From Candidatus Poriferihabitaceae bacterium (GTDB lineage: Bacteria > Pseudomonadota > Gammaproteobacteria > Arenicellales > Poriferihabitantaceae), in the NCBI GenBank assembly GCA_965213885.1, contig OZ243919.1, positions 732,692-796,691 on the forward strand: a stretch of DNA of 64,000 bases. Direction: 5' to 3'. Every line of letters begins with the position of its first letter. The stretch's first letter is position 1. Under the pieces are notes generated by a model that saw only the letters and a list, made by a program, of their open reading frames with translations, had not been told where the DNA came from and ran no database searches. Of this stretch, positions 37,811-47,355 are shown in pieces. The translations under genes and the position numbers were made by a program.

Positions 37811-38149
37811 ATGAGCCAGATCACCACGCATATACTCGACCTGTCCCTCGGGGCGCCCGCCCGGGGCGTGGCGGCGGTACTGTACCGGGGGACGGGAGCG
37901 GACAGGGCCGAACTCGGGCAGGGAGTCACCGACGCGGACGGACGAATCTCCCGGTGGCTCGGCGACGAGACATTGCCGGGTGGAACCTACAGTATCAACT
38001 TCGCTTCCGGCCGTTATTTTTCGGACCGGGGCGTGGACACGTTCTATCCCCACGTGGAGATTGTCTTTGGCGTAACGGAGGGCGGGGCGCATTACCATGT
38101 CCCCCTGCTCCTCAGTCCCTGGGGCTACTCCACGTACCGCGGAAGCTGA
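37811..38149 (+). CDS. hiuH: 5-hydroxyisourate hydrolase (transthyretin-like)
   Basis: 112 aa with N-terminus TTHILD and the C-terminal YSTYRGS signature of HIUases. Confidence 0.92.
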   Translation: MSQITTHILDLSLGAPARGVAAVLYRGTGADRAELGQGVTDADGRISRWLGDETLPGGTYSINFASGRYFSDRGVDTFYPHVEIVFGVTEGGAHYHVPLLLSPWGYSTYRGS

Positions 38150-38351
38150 AATGGCTGAAACGGCTGGCAATGCTGAAAGGGGACATGCTTCATCAGGGTT
38201 CTGAGCCATGCAGGCAACAGCATGATTTCTCGGCGCTGTGTTCAGGGCGAGTCCCGGGGATTTTGCTAGAATCTCCACACTGATACTGCCAGACGAAAAC
38301 CGAGAGAATCCAATCCGAAAAACCGTTAACCGATCTTCAGAGATAATCATC

Positions 38352-39425
38352 ATGCAGAAAAGAACACTGATCAGGGCTCTTGCGGGAGCCGCACTGTCCG
38401 CCTCCCTGGCCATGGGTGCCGCCCAGGCCGAGGACGTCAAGGCGGGATTTGTCTACGTCGGCCCGGTAGGTGACCATGGCTGGACCTACCGTCACGACAA
38501 GGGCCGATTGCAAGTGGAAGAGGAACTCGGCGTCGAGACCTCATTCGTGGAAAGCGTTGCCGAGGGAGCGGATGCCGAACGCGTCATTCGCAAGCTCGCC
38601 ACCAGCGGCCACAACATCATCTTCACGACTTCATTCGGCTACATGAATCCCACCTTGAAGGTGGCGAAGCAGTTTCCCGACGTGAAGTTCGAACATGCCA
38701 CCGGGTACAAGCGCCACGACAATCTCAGCACCTACTCGGGCCGCTTCTATGAAGGCCGTACGGTCATCGGCGCCATTGCCGGCCACATGACCAAGACCGG
38801 CGTGATCGGATACATCGCTTCATTTCCGATCCCGGAGGTCATCCGCGGCATCAATGCGTTCACCCTGGCGCTGCGCAAGGTGAATCCCGACGCGGTGGTG
38901 AAGGTGGTGTGGGTCAACACCTGGTATGACCCGGGCAAGGAAGGGGATGCCGCCAAGGCGCTGATCGACCAGGGTGCCGATATCATCACCCAGCACACCG
39001 ATTCCCCGGCGCCGTTGCAGGTGGCGGAACAGCGCGGGGTCTATGCGTTCGGCCAGGCCTCCGACATGAAGGCCTTCGCCCCCAATGCCCAGTTGACCTC
39101 CATCGTGGACGACTGGGGTCCATACTACGTAAGCCGGGTCAAGGCGTTGATGGACGGCGCTTGGGAGAGCATCGACACCTGGGACGGCATAGACCCCGGC
39201 ATGGTGGTCATGGCGCCCTACGGTGACGCAGTGCCGGAGAACGTGCGGGCGGTCGCGGACGAGATCATCGCGGGGATCAAGGACGGCAGCGTCAATCCCT
39301 TCCAGGGGCCCATCAAGAACCAGGCAGGTGAGCAGGTGATCGGCGAAGGCGAAGCGCTTGGCGATGACGTGCTGCTCGGCATGAACTACTATGTCGAGGG
39401 CGTGCAGGGCGAAATTCCGCAGTAA
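38352..39425 (+). CDS. BMP-family (Med/PnrA-like) ABC transporter substrate-binding protein
   Basis: 357 aa from ATG 38352 with a signal peptide (MQKRTLIRALAGAALSASLAMGAAQA) and a BMP-type body (VGPVGDHGWTY...). It is probably the binding component for the permeases at 18.6-22.2 kb. Confidence 0.9.
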   Translation: MQKRTLIRALAGAALSASLAMGAAQAEDVKAGFVYVGPVGDHGWTYRHDKGRLQVEEELGVETSFVESVAEGADAERVIRKLATSGHNIIFTTSFGYMNPTLKVAKQFPDVKFEHATGYKRHDNLSTYSGRFYEGRTVIGAIAGHMTKTGVIGYIASFPIPEVIRGINAFTLALRKVNPDAVVKVVWVNTWYDPGKEGDAAKALIDQGADIITQHTDSPAPLQVAEQRGVYAFGQASDMKAFAPNAQLTSIVDDWGPYYVSRVKALMDGAWESIDTWDGIDPGMVVMAPYGDAVPENVRAVADEIIAGIKDGSVNPFQGPIKNQAGEQVIGEGEALGDDVLLGMNYYVEGVQGEIPQ

Positions 39426-39445
39426 CCTTCCGGACCTGTACCGGT

Positions 39446-39475
39446 AAAGAAAAAAGCCTCCCCGGAGGCTTTTTT
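39446..39475. terminator. Bidirectional rho-independent terminator
   Basis: AAAGAAAAAAGCCTCCCCGGAGGCTTTTTTC: a GC stem (AGCCTC/GAGGCT) flanked by an A-tract and a T-tract, between the convergent BMP gene and the PH-domain gene. Confidence 0.8.
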
Positions 39476-39514
39476 CACTGATGGCCCCGCGGCCTGACGG
39501 TTCGCCCGGTGGAT

Positions 39515-39936
39515 TCAGCCCTGATTGCTGCCGTCCCAGGGCTGCTCAGCAGTTGCCCGGGCCTGGCTGATGGCTGCCAGGAACCCGTCCCAGTCCTCCG
39601 GGGATACCAGCACACGCCGGCCCCCTCGACTGGTGATGCACAGGCGGTCGAATGACAGTTCGGGCCCGGACCGCAGGCTGCGGGTGGGGTGAACCGATTC
39701 GATCTCTTCGAGCCGGATCCACCAGGAAAACGGCCCGCAGCGGATATCGAGCCGGTCGAGCGAAGCACCCAGAACGGAAGCCCGACGCCCGTCAGGATGA
39801 TGACCAGGGCGAACCACTTGCCACCGCCCGGCATCACCAGCGCCCGGTAGGCGGTAATCAAGCTGATCACGGTGAGCGTGATCAGGGCCCTGACCAGCCA
39901 GTTGTCCACCCTGGACCCGAAGCGCTGCTCCGCCAT
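39515..39936 (-). pseudogene. Bacterial PH-domain membrane protein, reading frame disrupted
   Basis: The N-terminal part (MAEQRFGSRVDNWLVRALITLTVISL...GVGLPFWVLRST) is in the frame of ORF 39475..40017. The C-terminal PH-like part (LDRLDIRCGPFSWWIRLEEIESVHPTRS...SFDRLCI...VLVSPEDWDGFLAAI) is in the frame of ORF 39515..39949. The junction is near 39745-39770. Confidence 0.55.
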
Positions 39937-39959
39937 CACCCGGGACCATCCGGCTCTGT

Positions 39960-40826
39960 TCAGACGAGTTCCGCCTCGGCCCGGACCGCCAGTGCGCCGT
40001 CGGGGTCGGCGACCCACAGCCGGCAGACGTCTTCCTCTCTCACCAGGTGCATGGTGAACGGACGGCCCGCGAACAGCGGGCCCATGGCCCGGAATCGGAA
40101 ATGCCTGATTTTTTCCTGTCCGACTTCATCCACCAGCAGGTCCAGCAGCAGGGTGGCCGTCAGCGGGCCGTGGACGACCAGGCCCGGATAGCCCTCGACA
40201 TCGCGGCAGTAGTCGATGTCGTAATGGATGCGATGGCCGTTGAAGGTCAGGGCTGAATACCGGAAGAGCAGCAGGGGCGACGGGTCAATTTCGCGCCGGA
40301 CACCGGACCTGGTATCTGCCTGCGGCGGAGGGGGAGATTCTAACCCGGGCTTTGGATCCTCCCGGTATACGATGTCGTGTTCCTCGTCGAGCAGGACCTT
40401 GTCTCCACGGCGGTAGATATGGGAGACAGTGACGAAACAAAGCGGGCCCGACCGGCCGCTTTTCTCCCGGATGCCGCGGATCACGGATTCCCGGGAGATG
40501 GTATCGCCCAGCCGGAGCGGTTGATGAAAATTCAGCCTCGAACCTGCCCACATGCGTCGCGGCAGGGAAACCGGGGGAAGGAATCCACCGCGCACGGCAT
40601 GGCCGTCGCGACCGGTTTCCGAAAGCCTGGCACCATCGATGAAATACAACCAGTGCCAGGCGGGCGGCAGCGGGTCTCCCTCACCCAGTGTGGGCTCCCG
40701 GTCCATGGTCTGCTGCATGAAGCGTGCCGGCTTCGGTTCGATCCGTTCCTCCGTGATCCGGCGGCGGCCGATCCACCGTGACAGGCCTCCGGCAGGTTCT
40801 TCGCGGTTGATGACGGATTCAGTCAT
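39960..40826 (-). CDS. MaoC/hot-dog-fold acyl dehydratase (double hot-dog, HTD2/itaconyl-CoA-hydratase-like)
   Basis: 288 aa. The C-terminal part (FRYSALTFNGHRIHYD...GYPGLVVHGPL) is MaoC-like. It overlaps the upstream CoA-transferase gene by 8 nt. Confidence 0.72.
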   Translation of the reverse strand: MTESVINREEPAGGLSRWIGRRRITEERIEPKPARFMQQTMDREPTLGEGDPLPPAWHWLYFIDGARLSETGRDGHAVRGGFLPPVSLPRRMWAGSRLNFHQPLRLGDTISRESVIRGIREKSGRSGPLCFVTVSHIYRRGDKVLLDEEHDIVYREDPKPGLESPPPPQADTRSGVRREIDPSPLLLFRYSALTFNGHRIHYDIDYCRDVEGYPGLVVHGPLTATLLLDLLVDEVGQEKIRHFRFRAMGPLFAGRPFTMHLVREEDVCRLWVADPDGALAVRAEAELV

Positions 40827-41937
40827 GTCGGAACTCCTCGCGTATGGAACGGGTGTGTTCGCCTGCAGCAGGCACCCGGGCGGCGGCTGCTGCTCCCACC
40901 GGTCTGGTCGGAAACAGGATTTCGTCGCCGCCGGAACTGGTTCCCCGGCGGCGTGTCAGGGCGGGGTGGCCCGAGAAATCAGCCACCGAATTGACCGCGC
41001 CGTAGGCGATCTCCGCGATCTCCAGTCGATTCACGAGGTCCTCCCGGGAGAGGGACCGGGTCACCGAAAAGATGCGTTGATCCAGTGTAGCGCGGTTGGC
41101 AACCCGCCGGTCGTTGTCGCGGAAGGCCTCGTCGCCGGCCATCTTCGGCATCCGGAGGACGTGTTCGCAGAACCGCGTCCATTCCCGCCCGTTCTGGATG
41201 GAGATGATCACCAGCTCACCGTCGCTGGACGGGTAGGCGCCGTAAGGGGCGATGGTGGGGTGATTGAGTCCCGTCCGCCCGGGCGCCCTGCCGGCATAGT
41301 CGTGATGCAGCAGGGGCACCGTCATCCAGTCCGCGGCGACACCGAACAGCGATACCTCCACTGCCGATCCCCTGCCGGTCCGCTCCCGTTCAAGCAGTGC
41401 TTCCAGGATGCCCGCGTGGGCGGTCATGCCGGCACCGATATCACAGATGGATACGCCGATACGGCCGAGTTCGTTTTTTCCGCCGGAGATGCTGATCAGA
41501 CCGGATTCACCCTGCACCAGCAGGTCATAGGCCTTCAGGTCCCGGCCTCCCGGATCGTTGCCGTAACCGGATATGTCGCAGGTGATCAGGCGCGGATACC
41601 GCTCACGAAGGGTTGCCAGGTCGAAACCCGACCGGGCGAGTGCCCCCGGCGCGAGATTCTGAATCAGGACATCCGCACGTCCGATGATTCTCCCCAGCAG
41701 TTCCGCATCCGGCGGGTTCTTGAAATCCAGCTCCAGGGACTCCTTGCCCTGGTTCAGCCAGAAAAAATAGGAACTGTCCCCGCCAGCCACGCCGTCGTAG
41801 GCCCGGGCGAAATCCCCGCCAGGGCGCTCCACCTTGATGACCCGGGCACCGGCTTCCCGGAGCCTCGCGCTGCACAACGGTGCGGCGACGGCCTGCTCCA
41901 CCGAGACCACCAGGAGGCTTTTGAGCGCGTCGCCCAT
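40819..41937 (-). CDS. Class III (CaiB/BaiF) CoA-transferase
   Basis: 372 aa. LLVVSVEQAVAAPLCSARLREAGARVIKVERPGGDFAR is the family N-terminus. Confidence 0.9.
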   Translation of the reverse strand: MGDALKSLLVVSVEQAVAAPLCSARLREAGARVIKVERPGGDFARAYDGVAGGDSSYFFWLNQGKESLELDFKNPPDAELLGRIIGRADVLIQNLAPGALARSGFDLATLRERYPRLITCDISGYGNDPGGRDLKAYDLLVQGESGLISISGGKNELGRIGVSICDIGAGMTAHAGILEALLERERTGRGSAVEVSLFGVAADWMTVPLLHHDYAGRAPGRTGLNHPTIAPYGAYPSSDGELVIISIQNGREWTRFCEHVLRMPKMAGDEAFRDNDRRVANRATLDQRIFSVTRSLSREDLVNRLEIAEIAYGAVNSVADFSGHPALTRRRGTSSGGDEILFPTRPVGAAAAARVPAAGEHTRSIREEFRHD

Positions 41938-41952
41938 CTTCCGCCCGGTTCC

Positions 41953-42732
41953 TTATTCGCTGACCGGAACCACGTAGTTCAGGCCAAGCCGGCCCCCGTC
42001 CGGATACACGGTCTGACCGGTCACGTAGCTGGAATAGGAGCTGGCAAGAAACACCGCCACTCTGGCCACTTCGTCAGGCTCCCCTGCCCGCAACATGGGA
42101 GTGCGCGACATGACCTCGGCTCTTTTCCGGGGGTTGTCCGCGATGGTCCGGAACAGCTCGGTATTGATGGAGCCCGGCCCGATCCCGTTGACCCGGATCT
42201 TTTCCGGAGCCAGGCGGACAGCCAGTACCTTGGTCCACTGGTTCACGCCGCCCTTGGCGATGACGTAGGGTGCAATTGCGGGGATCGTCAGGATTGCGTT
42301 GACCGAGGACATGTTGATGATCGTGCCGCGTGAATCCTCCGGATCGGGTTCCTGGTCCACCATCAGCCTGGCCGCAGCCTGTCCGGTCAGGAAAACGCCC
42401 TTGAGATTGATGTCGATGACACGGTCGAAGTCCGCTTCCTCCAGTTCAAGGATGTCCGCCGCATGCACGATGCCGGCATTGGCGATGACCGTGTCCACGC
42501 GCCCATAACGGTCCCGGGCGTATTCGAACAGGGCCTCGACTTCCGGCTTGCAGCGGACATCACAGTGGCGGTAGACGGCATTTTCACCAAGAGAGGCCGC
42601 GGCGGCCTCTCCCGCCTCGTCGTCGATATCGGAGAGCACGACGCATGCACCCTCCTCGACGAATCTCCTGGCGCAGGCGAGGCCGATTCCCCGGGCGGCG
42701 CCCGTGATGACGGCGTGCTTGTTGTTCAGCAT
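41953..42732 (-). CDS. Short-chain dehydrogenase/reductase (SDR)
   Basis: 259 aa with the TGAARGIG cofactor motif and the YxxxK catalytic motif (YVIAK). Confidence 0.9.
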   Translation of the reverse strand: MLNNKHAVITGAARGIGLACARRFVEEGACVVLSDIDDEAGEAAAASLGENAVYRHCDVRCKPEVEALFEYARDRYGRVDTVIANAGIVHAADILELEEADFDRVIDINLKGVFLTGQAAARLMVDQEPDPEDSRGTIINMSSVNAILTIPAIAPYVIAKGGVNQWTKVLAVRLAPEKIRVNGIGPGSINTELFRTIADNPRKRAEVMSRTPMLRAGEPDEVARVAVFLASSYSSYVTGQTVYPDGGRLGLNYVVPVSE

Positions 42733-42859
42733 GATCGGACTGGTTTTCGCAGGGCTAGGGGTGATTCAGCATGTCCCGAAGGATACCGCGAAATTCGGCG
42801 TGGTCACCATCACGGGAAACGATCGGTGAAACTGTCCGCCTTCACCGCCAGGTGCCCTG

Positions 42860-43186
42860 TTAGAGCTGCAGGACGTCGGTACCGATCGGGCAGGTGATGC
42901 CGAGCTGGCTGGCGAACATGGCAGCAAACCGGTTCCAGACCGGAATCTGGCTCTGGATGCGGCAACCCATGCCCATCATGGCGTCAAAGCAGCCATTGGT
43001 CTGTTGCGCGAGACCGGCATATTCCAGCATGTGCTCCTGCCCCGGCACTTCCTCCTGTGCATGAGTCACGGGCTCGGGGGGGGTGAATGCGATGGATGAC
43101 TGTTCAGGGTCGACGTTCGCCGATTCGAACACGGATGGAGACAGCGACAGGGCCATTGCTGCCATGATGTAGATCAGGGATTTCAT
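42860..43186 (-). CDS. Small secreted hypothetical protein
   Basis: 108 aa from ATG 43186 with a signal-peptide-like N-terminus MKSLIYIMAAMALSLSPSVF and three Cys in the mature part. I recognise no family. Confidence 0.45.
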   Translation of the reverse strand: MKSLIYIMAAMALSLSPSVFESANVDPEQSSIAFTPPEPVTHAQEEVPGQEHMLEYAGLAQQTNGCFDAMMGMGCRIQSQIPVWNRFAAMFASQLGITCPIGTDVLQL

Positions 43187-43367
43187 TGTTGTAGTCGTTC
43201 CTGAATATTGGTGTTTTGTCGCGCCGCCGGATCCGGTGTTTGATTGTGCCCACCATCCCGTATGGCGATCGGCCACGGCAGAAACCACGCTGCATTGTAG
43301 CAAATCTCCGGGGACCGATCGTGCCGGGTTGACCGTCAGGGGCGTGGCGGGACGCCTGTTCCGGGCC

Positions 43368-44990
43368 TTATTCCACCCGGATTTCTATGATGGAGGGAAC
43401 CGTGGCCTCCAGCGCGGCGAGAAAAGCCGGCATGAATTCCTCGGTCCGGTGCACGACATATCCACGGCCCCCGTAGGCCTCGGCCAGTTGGGCGAAATCC
43501 GGGTTCGTGAGGTCCGAGCCGACGACACGTCCGGGATAGTGCCGTTCCTGGTGGTTGCGGATGGTGCCGAGGCGGTTGTTGTTGATGACCAGGAACACCA
43601 CGGGCAACCCGTATTTCACCGCGGTCGCGAACTCCTGGCCGTTCATGAGAAAACAGCCGTCGCCATTGAAGGACACGACCGGAACTTCCGGCCTGAACAG
43701 CTTCGCCGCCACCGCGGCGGGAACGCTGTACCCCATGGTGCCATTGGTGGAACCCAGCTGTGTGCCCGACTGCCTGTACTGGTAGAAACGCTGACCCCAG
43801 GAGGTGTAGCTGCCGGCGCCCACGGTGATCACGGCTTCTGCCGGCAGGGTTTTGCGGATCTGGGCACAGATCGTATCCATGCGCACCGCCTGACCCTCGC
43901 TCACCGGTTCATCCACCCATCGCTGGTAACGCTCGTGCAGCGACTTGATCATCATGCGACGGCCGGCATCGCGTACGGAAACATGCTGCATGGCAGACAG
44001 GAAGGCCAGGCTGGTGCTGGTAACGGCGAGTTCGGCATGAAACACCGCGTTCATTACCTCGGCGCCCGGGTGAACATGCACCAGCCGCTGGCCGGTGAAA
44101 CCGGTCGGCGGGTGAATGATTTCATAGCCCTGGGTGGTCATTTCGCCGAGTCTTGGACCAACGACCAGCACCAGGTCGGCGGTAGGAAGGTACTGCTGCA
44201 GGACCGGCGACACCATGAGTCCCAGTTCGCCGATGTAGTTGGTATGGGTATTGTCGAAGGCGTCCTGACGCCGGAATGCGGTGGCCACGGGAATCTGGTG
44301 CCGGTCCGCGACCCGGGTCAACAGTGCCTGCGTATCCTGGTTCCAACTGCTGTCCCCGCAGATGATCAGTGGTCGTTCCGATTTACCCAGAAGGTCGACA
44401 ACCCGGTCGATCGCGGCGGGTGAGGGCGCCGCGGAGAACCGGGACTGGGCATGGGGGTTCGACAGGGGAATGTCGGGAACATCCACCTCGTCCCGGAGCA
44501 TGTCCTCGTACAGTACCACGATCACCGGGCCCGGCCGGCCGCCCGTGGCACATTGCCACGCATGGTTCAATTGCTCCGGGATCCGGCGGGCGTCGTCGAT
44601 GCTGATGACCTGCTTGGCGATCCCGTCGAATGCCCGGTGATAGTCCAGTTCCTGGAAAGCCTCCCGGCCCCGGAAGCCTCGGGGGACCTGACCGACAAAA
44701 CAGATCACGGGTGTGGAATCCTGGTATGCCGTGTGTATGCCCACCATGGCATTGGTTGCTCCGGGCCCCCGGGAGACGAAACAGACGCCGGGTTGGCCGG
44801 TCAGTTTGCCCCAGGCTTCGGCCATATAGGCGGCGCCGCCCTCCTGTCTGCAGGTGATCAGGCGAAAGTTGCCGTGGTGCTCGTACATGGCATCCAGTGC
44901 GGCGAGAAAGCTTTCCCCCGCTACGCAGAACGCGGTGTTCGCGCCCAGACCGAGCAAGCCGTCGATGAGAATCCTGCCACCGCTGCGCAT
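43368..44990 (-). CDS. Thiamine-diphosphate-dependent enzyme (acetolactate-synthase-large-subunit-like)
   Basis: 540 aa with the ThDP-binding GDG...NN motif (NGDGCFLMNGQEFATAVKYGLPVVFLVINNN) and an N-terminal PYR domain. Confidence 0.9.
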   Translation of the reverse strand: MRSGGRILIDGLLGLGANTAFCVAGESFLAALDAMYEHHGNFRLITCRQEGGAAYMAEAWGKLTGQPGVCFVSRGPGATNAMVGIHTAYQDSTPVICFVGQVPRGFRGREAFQELDYHRAFDGIAKQVISIDDARRIPEQLNHAWQCATGGRPGPVIVVLYEDMLRDEVDVPDIPLSNPHAQSRFSAAPSPAAIDRVVDLLGKSERPLIICGDSSWNQDTQALLTRVADRHQIPVATAFRRQDAFDNTHTNYIGELGLMVSPVLQQYLPTADLVLVVGPRLGEMTTQGYEIIHPPTGFTGQRLVHVHPGAEVMNAVFHAELAVTSTSLAFLSAMQHVSVRDAGRRMMIKSLHERYQRWVDEPVSEGQAVRMDTICAQIRKTLPAEAVITVGAGSYTSWGQRFYQYRQSGTQLGSTNGTMGYSVPAAVAAKLFRPEVPVVSFNGDGCFLMNGQEFATAVKYGLPVVFLVINNNRLGTIRNHQERHYPGRVVGSDLTNPDFAQLAEAYGGRGYVVHRTEEFMPAFLAALEATVPSIIEIRVE

Positions 44991-45250
44991 GTTGAATCCC
45001 GACGTTCAGTATGGAACTGATTATACGCATGTGCCGTCCCTGCAGATACGAACGCTCCCTGGTCCCGTCCGCCGGCCCTGCATTGGCCGGGCGGTTACGG
45101 AAATCACGCCCCATCCGGCAACCGGGGCGTTCCGGTTCCGTCCATTGCCGGGATGGCCGGAAGAAAACAGGATCCGCAAGTCTCCGGATTGACTTTGTCC
45201 GCTGCCGGGCTGCATGCTCCACCAGTCCGTCATACCGACCGCCTGTCACC

Positions 45251-47284
45251 ATGCCCACTATCCGGGATCCCCTGCTGAGTCCCCTGACGATCCGTGGCAA
45301 GCGGTTCCGGAATCGCATCATGTCCACCAGTCACGCCTGCGGCCTGGAGGAGGACGGCGGTATGCCTGCGGAACGCTACCAGGTCTATCACGAGGCGAAG
45401 GCCCGGGGTGGTATCGGACTCACCATGTTCGGCGGCTCTGCCTACGTATCGCCGGATTCCACCTGGTCGTCGGGGCAGCTCAACATGTCCTCGGACCGTA
45501 TCATTCCCTACCTGGCGCAATTCTCCCGGCGGGTGCACGAGGCCGGCGCGGCGATCATGATCCAGTTGACGCACCTCGGGCGGCGCGGGGAATCCCTGAG
45601 CCAGAACTGGTTGCCCACCCTGGCGCCCTCGGTGGTGCGGGAGACCGGGCACCGGAGTTTTCCCCGGGAAATGGACAGGCACGACATCGCGCGCATTGTC
45701 AGGGCCTTTGGTGACGCGGCCTGGCGTGCCAGGGAGGGCGGCCTGGAAGGCCTGGAGACCATGATCGGCGGACACCTGATCGGTCAGTTCCTCTCGCCGG
45801 TCACCAACCGGCGGACGGACGGCTACGGCGGTTCCGAGGAGAACCGCTGCCGTTTCGGTCTCGAAGTGCACGAGGAGATCCGCCGCCGGGTGGGAGAAGA
45901 CTTCATCGTCGGCATGCGGTTCCCCATCGACGAAACCCTGAAGGAGGGGCTGAGTTTCGAGGAATGCGTATCCATGGCGCTGCGCTTCCAGGCATCCGGG
46001 CTGATGGACTACTTCAATGTCAACTACGGCCGCATCGACACCGAACTGGCGCTGGTCACCGATTGCATGCCGGGCATGGCCTCGCCCATCGCGCCCTGGC
46101 TCGAGAAGGCGGGCGCATTCAGGCGTGAAGTGGGTCTGCCGGTGTTTCACGCCGCGCGGATCACGGACATCGCAACCGCCCGCTATGCCATCCGTGAGGG
46201 GCTGCTTGACATGGTTGCCATGACACGGGGACACATTGCCGATCCGGAGATCGTCAACAAACTGATCCGGGGTGAGGAGGAGCGCATCCGGCCCTGCGTC
46301 GGGATGACCCACTGCATGGGGGATACCCGTCCCACCTGTGCGCACAATGCCGCTACCGGTCGGGAACAGCGATGGCCCCAGGTCATCGGCAGGGCGCGGA
46401 CGCCGGGCCGCAGATGCGTGGTGGTGGGTGGTGGCCCTGCAGGCCTGGAAGCCGCCCGGGTGCTCGGCAGCCGGGGCCATGACGTGATCCTGTTCGAGGC
46501 GGCGGATGATCTTGGTGGACAGCTTCGGATGGCCGGCAGAGCGAGCTGGCGGGGAGATGTCGGCGGCGTCATCGACTGGCGGCGGAACGAACTCGGGCAC
46601 CTTGGCGTCGACGTGCGTCTCAACACCTACGCAGAGGCGGTGGACATCAGGGCGGAAAACCCGGAAATCGTGATCATTGCAACCGGCGGGGTGCCGGATC
46701 TCGAATGGCTGTCCGGCCATGAACTGGTCACCCCGGCCTGGGATGTGCTCAGCGGTACGGCCCCGCCAAAGGACGAAGCGGTGATCTATGACGGTACCGG
46801 GCGGCATCCCGCGTTGACGGCGGCGGAGGTCTGCTGGGATGCCGGCAGGGAACTGAAACTGGTGCTGCTGGACGATCGGCCCGGGGTGGAACTGCCCTAC
46901 GGGGAGAGAGTGATCTGGAAACGGGAGTTTGCCCGTAAGGGGATCGTGCCGATCCTGGAGCGACGGCTCACCGGCGTGGAGCGGGACGGTGACAGGCTGC
47001 TGGCTCATTTTCACCATGAACTGACCGGAGAGCCGATGACACTGTCGGCGATGCAGGTCGTGGTGGAGCATGGCACGGTTCCTGCCGACGGGCTATTCCG
47101 GACACTCCGGGGCGACTCGGTCAATGATGGGGTAGCCGACCTCGATGCGCTGCTGGCGGGCAAGCCCCAGCCCCATTCCTGCGGTGAGGGCGGATTTGCC
47201 CTGTACCGGATCGGCGATGCCGAATCCAGTCGCAACCTTGCGGCGGGGATTTTCGATGCCCTCAGGTTGTGTTCGGTGATGTGA
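45251..47284 (+). CDS. OYE-like FMN domain fused to FAD/NAD(P)-binding domain (2,4-dienoyl-CoA reductase / N-methylproline demethylase StcD-like)
   Basis: 677 aa from ATG 45251. It has an OYE-type N-terminus, a Cys cluster CVGMTHCMGDTRPTCAHN and the dinucleotide motif VVVGGGPAGLEAA. Confidence 0.88.
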   Translation: MPTIRDPLLSPLTIRGKRFRNRIMSTSHACGLEEDGGMPAERYQVYHEAKARGGIGLTMFGGSAYVSPDSTWSSGQLNMSSDRIIPYLAQFSRRVHEAGAAIMIQLTHLGRRGESLSQNWLPTLAPSVVRETGHRSFPREMDRHDIARIVRAFGDAAWRAREGGLEGLETMIGGHLIGQFLSPVTNRRTDGYGGSEENRCRFGLEVHEEIRRRVGEDFIVGMRFPIDETLKEGLSFEECVSMALRFQASGLMDYFNVNYGRIDTELALVTDCMPGMASPIAPWLEKAGAFRREVGLPVFHAARITDIATARYAIREGLLDMVAMTRGHIADPEIVNKLIRGEEERIRPCVGMTHCMGDTRPTCAHNAATGREQRWPQVIGRARTPGRRCVVVGGGPAGLEAARVLGSRGHDVILFEAADDLGGQLRMAGRASWRGDVGGVIDWRRNELGHLGVDVRLNTYAEAVDIRAENPEIVIIATGGVPDLEWLSGHELVTPAWDVLSGTAPPKDEAVIYDGTGRHPALTAAEVCWDAGRELKLVLLDDRPGVELPYGERVIWKREFARKGIVPILERRLTGVERDGDRLLAHFHHELTGEPMTLSAMQVVVEHGTVPADGLFRTLRGDSVNDGVADLDALLAGKPQPHSCGEGGFALYRIGDAESSRNLAAGIFDALRLCSVM

Positions 47285-47355
47285 CGGGCCGGATCAGTAC
47301 CGCCGCGCGGAAGGGTGGAGGACAGCGCGGTCGGACCGGCGCGTGTGCCGGGAAT

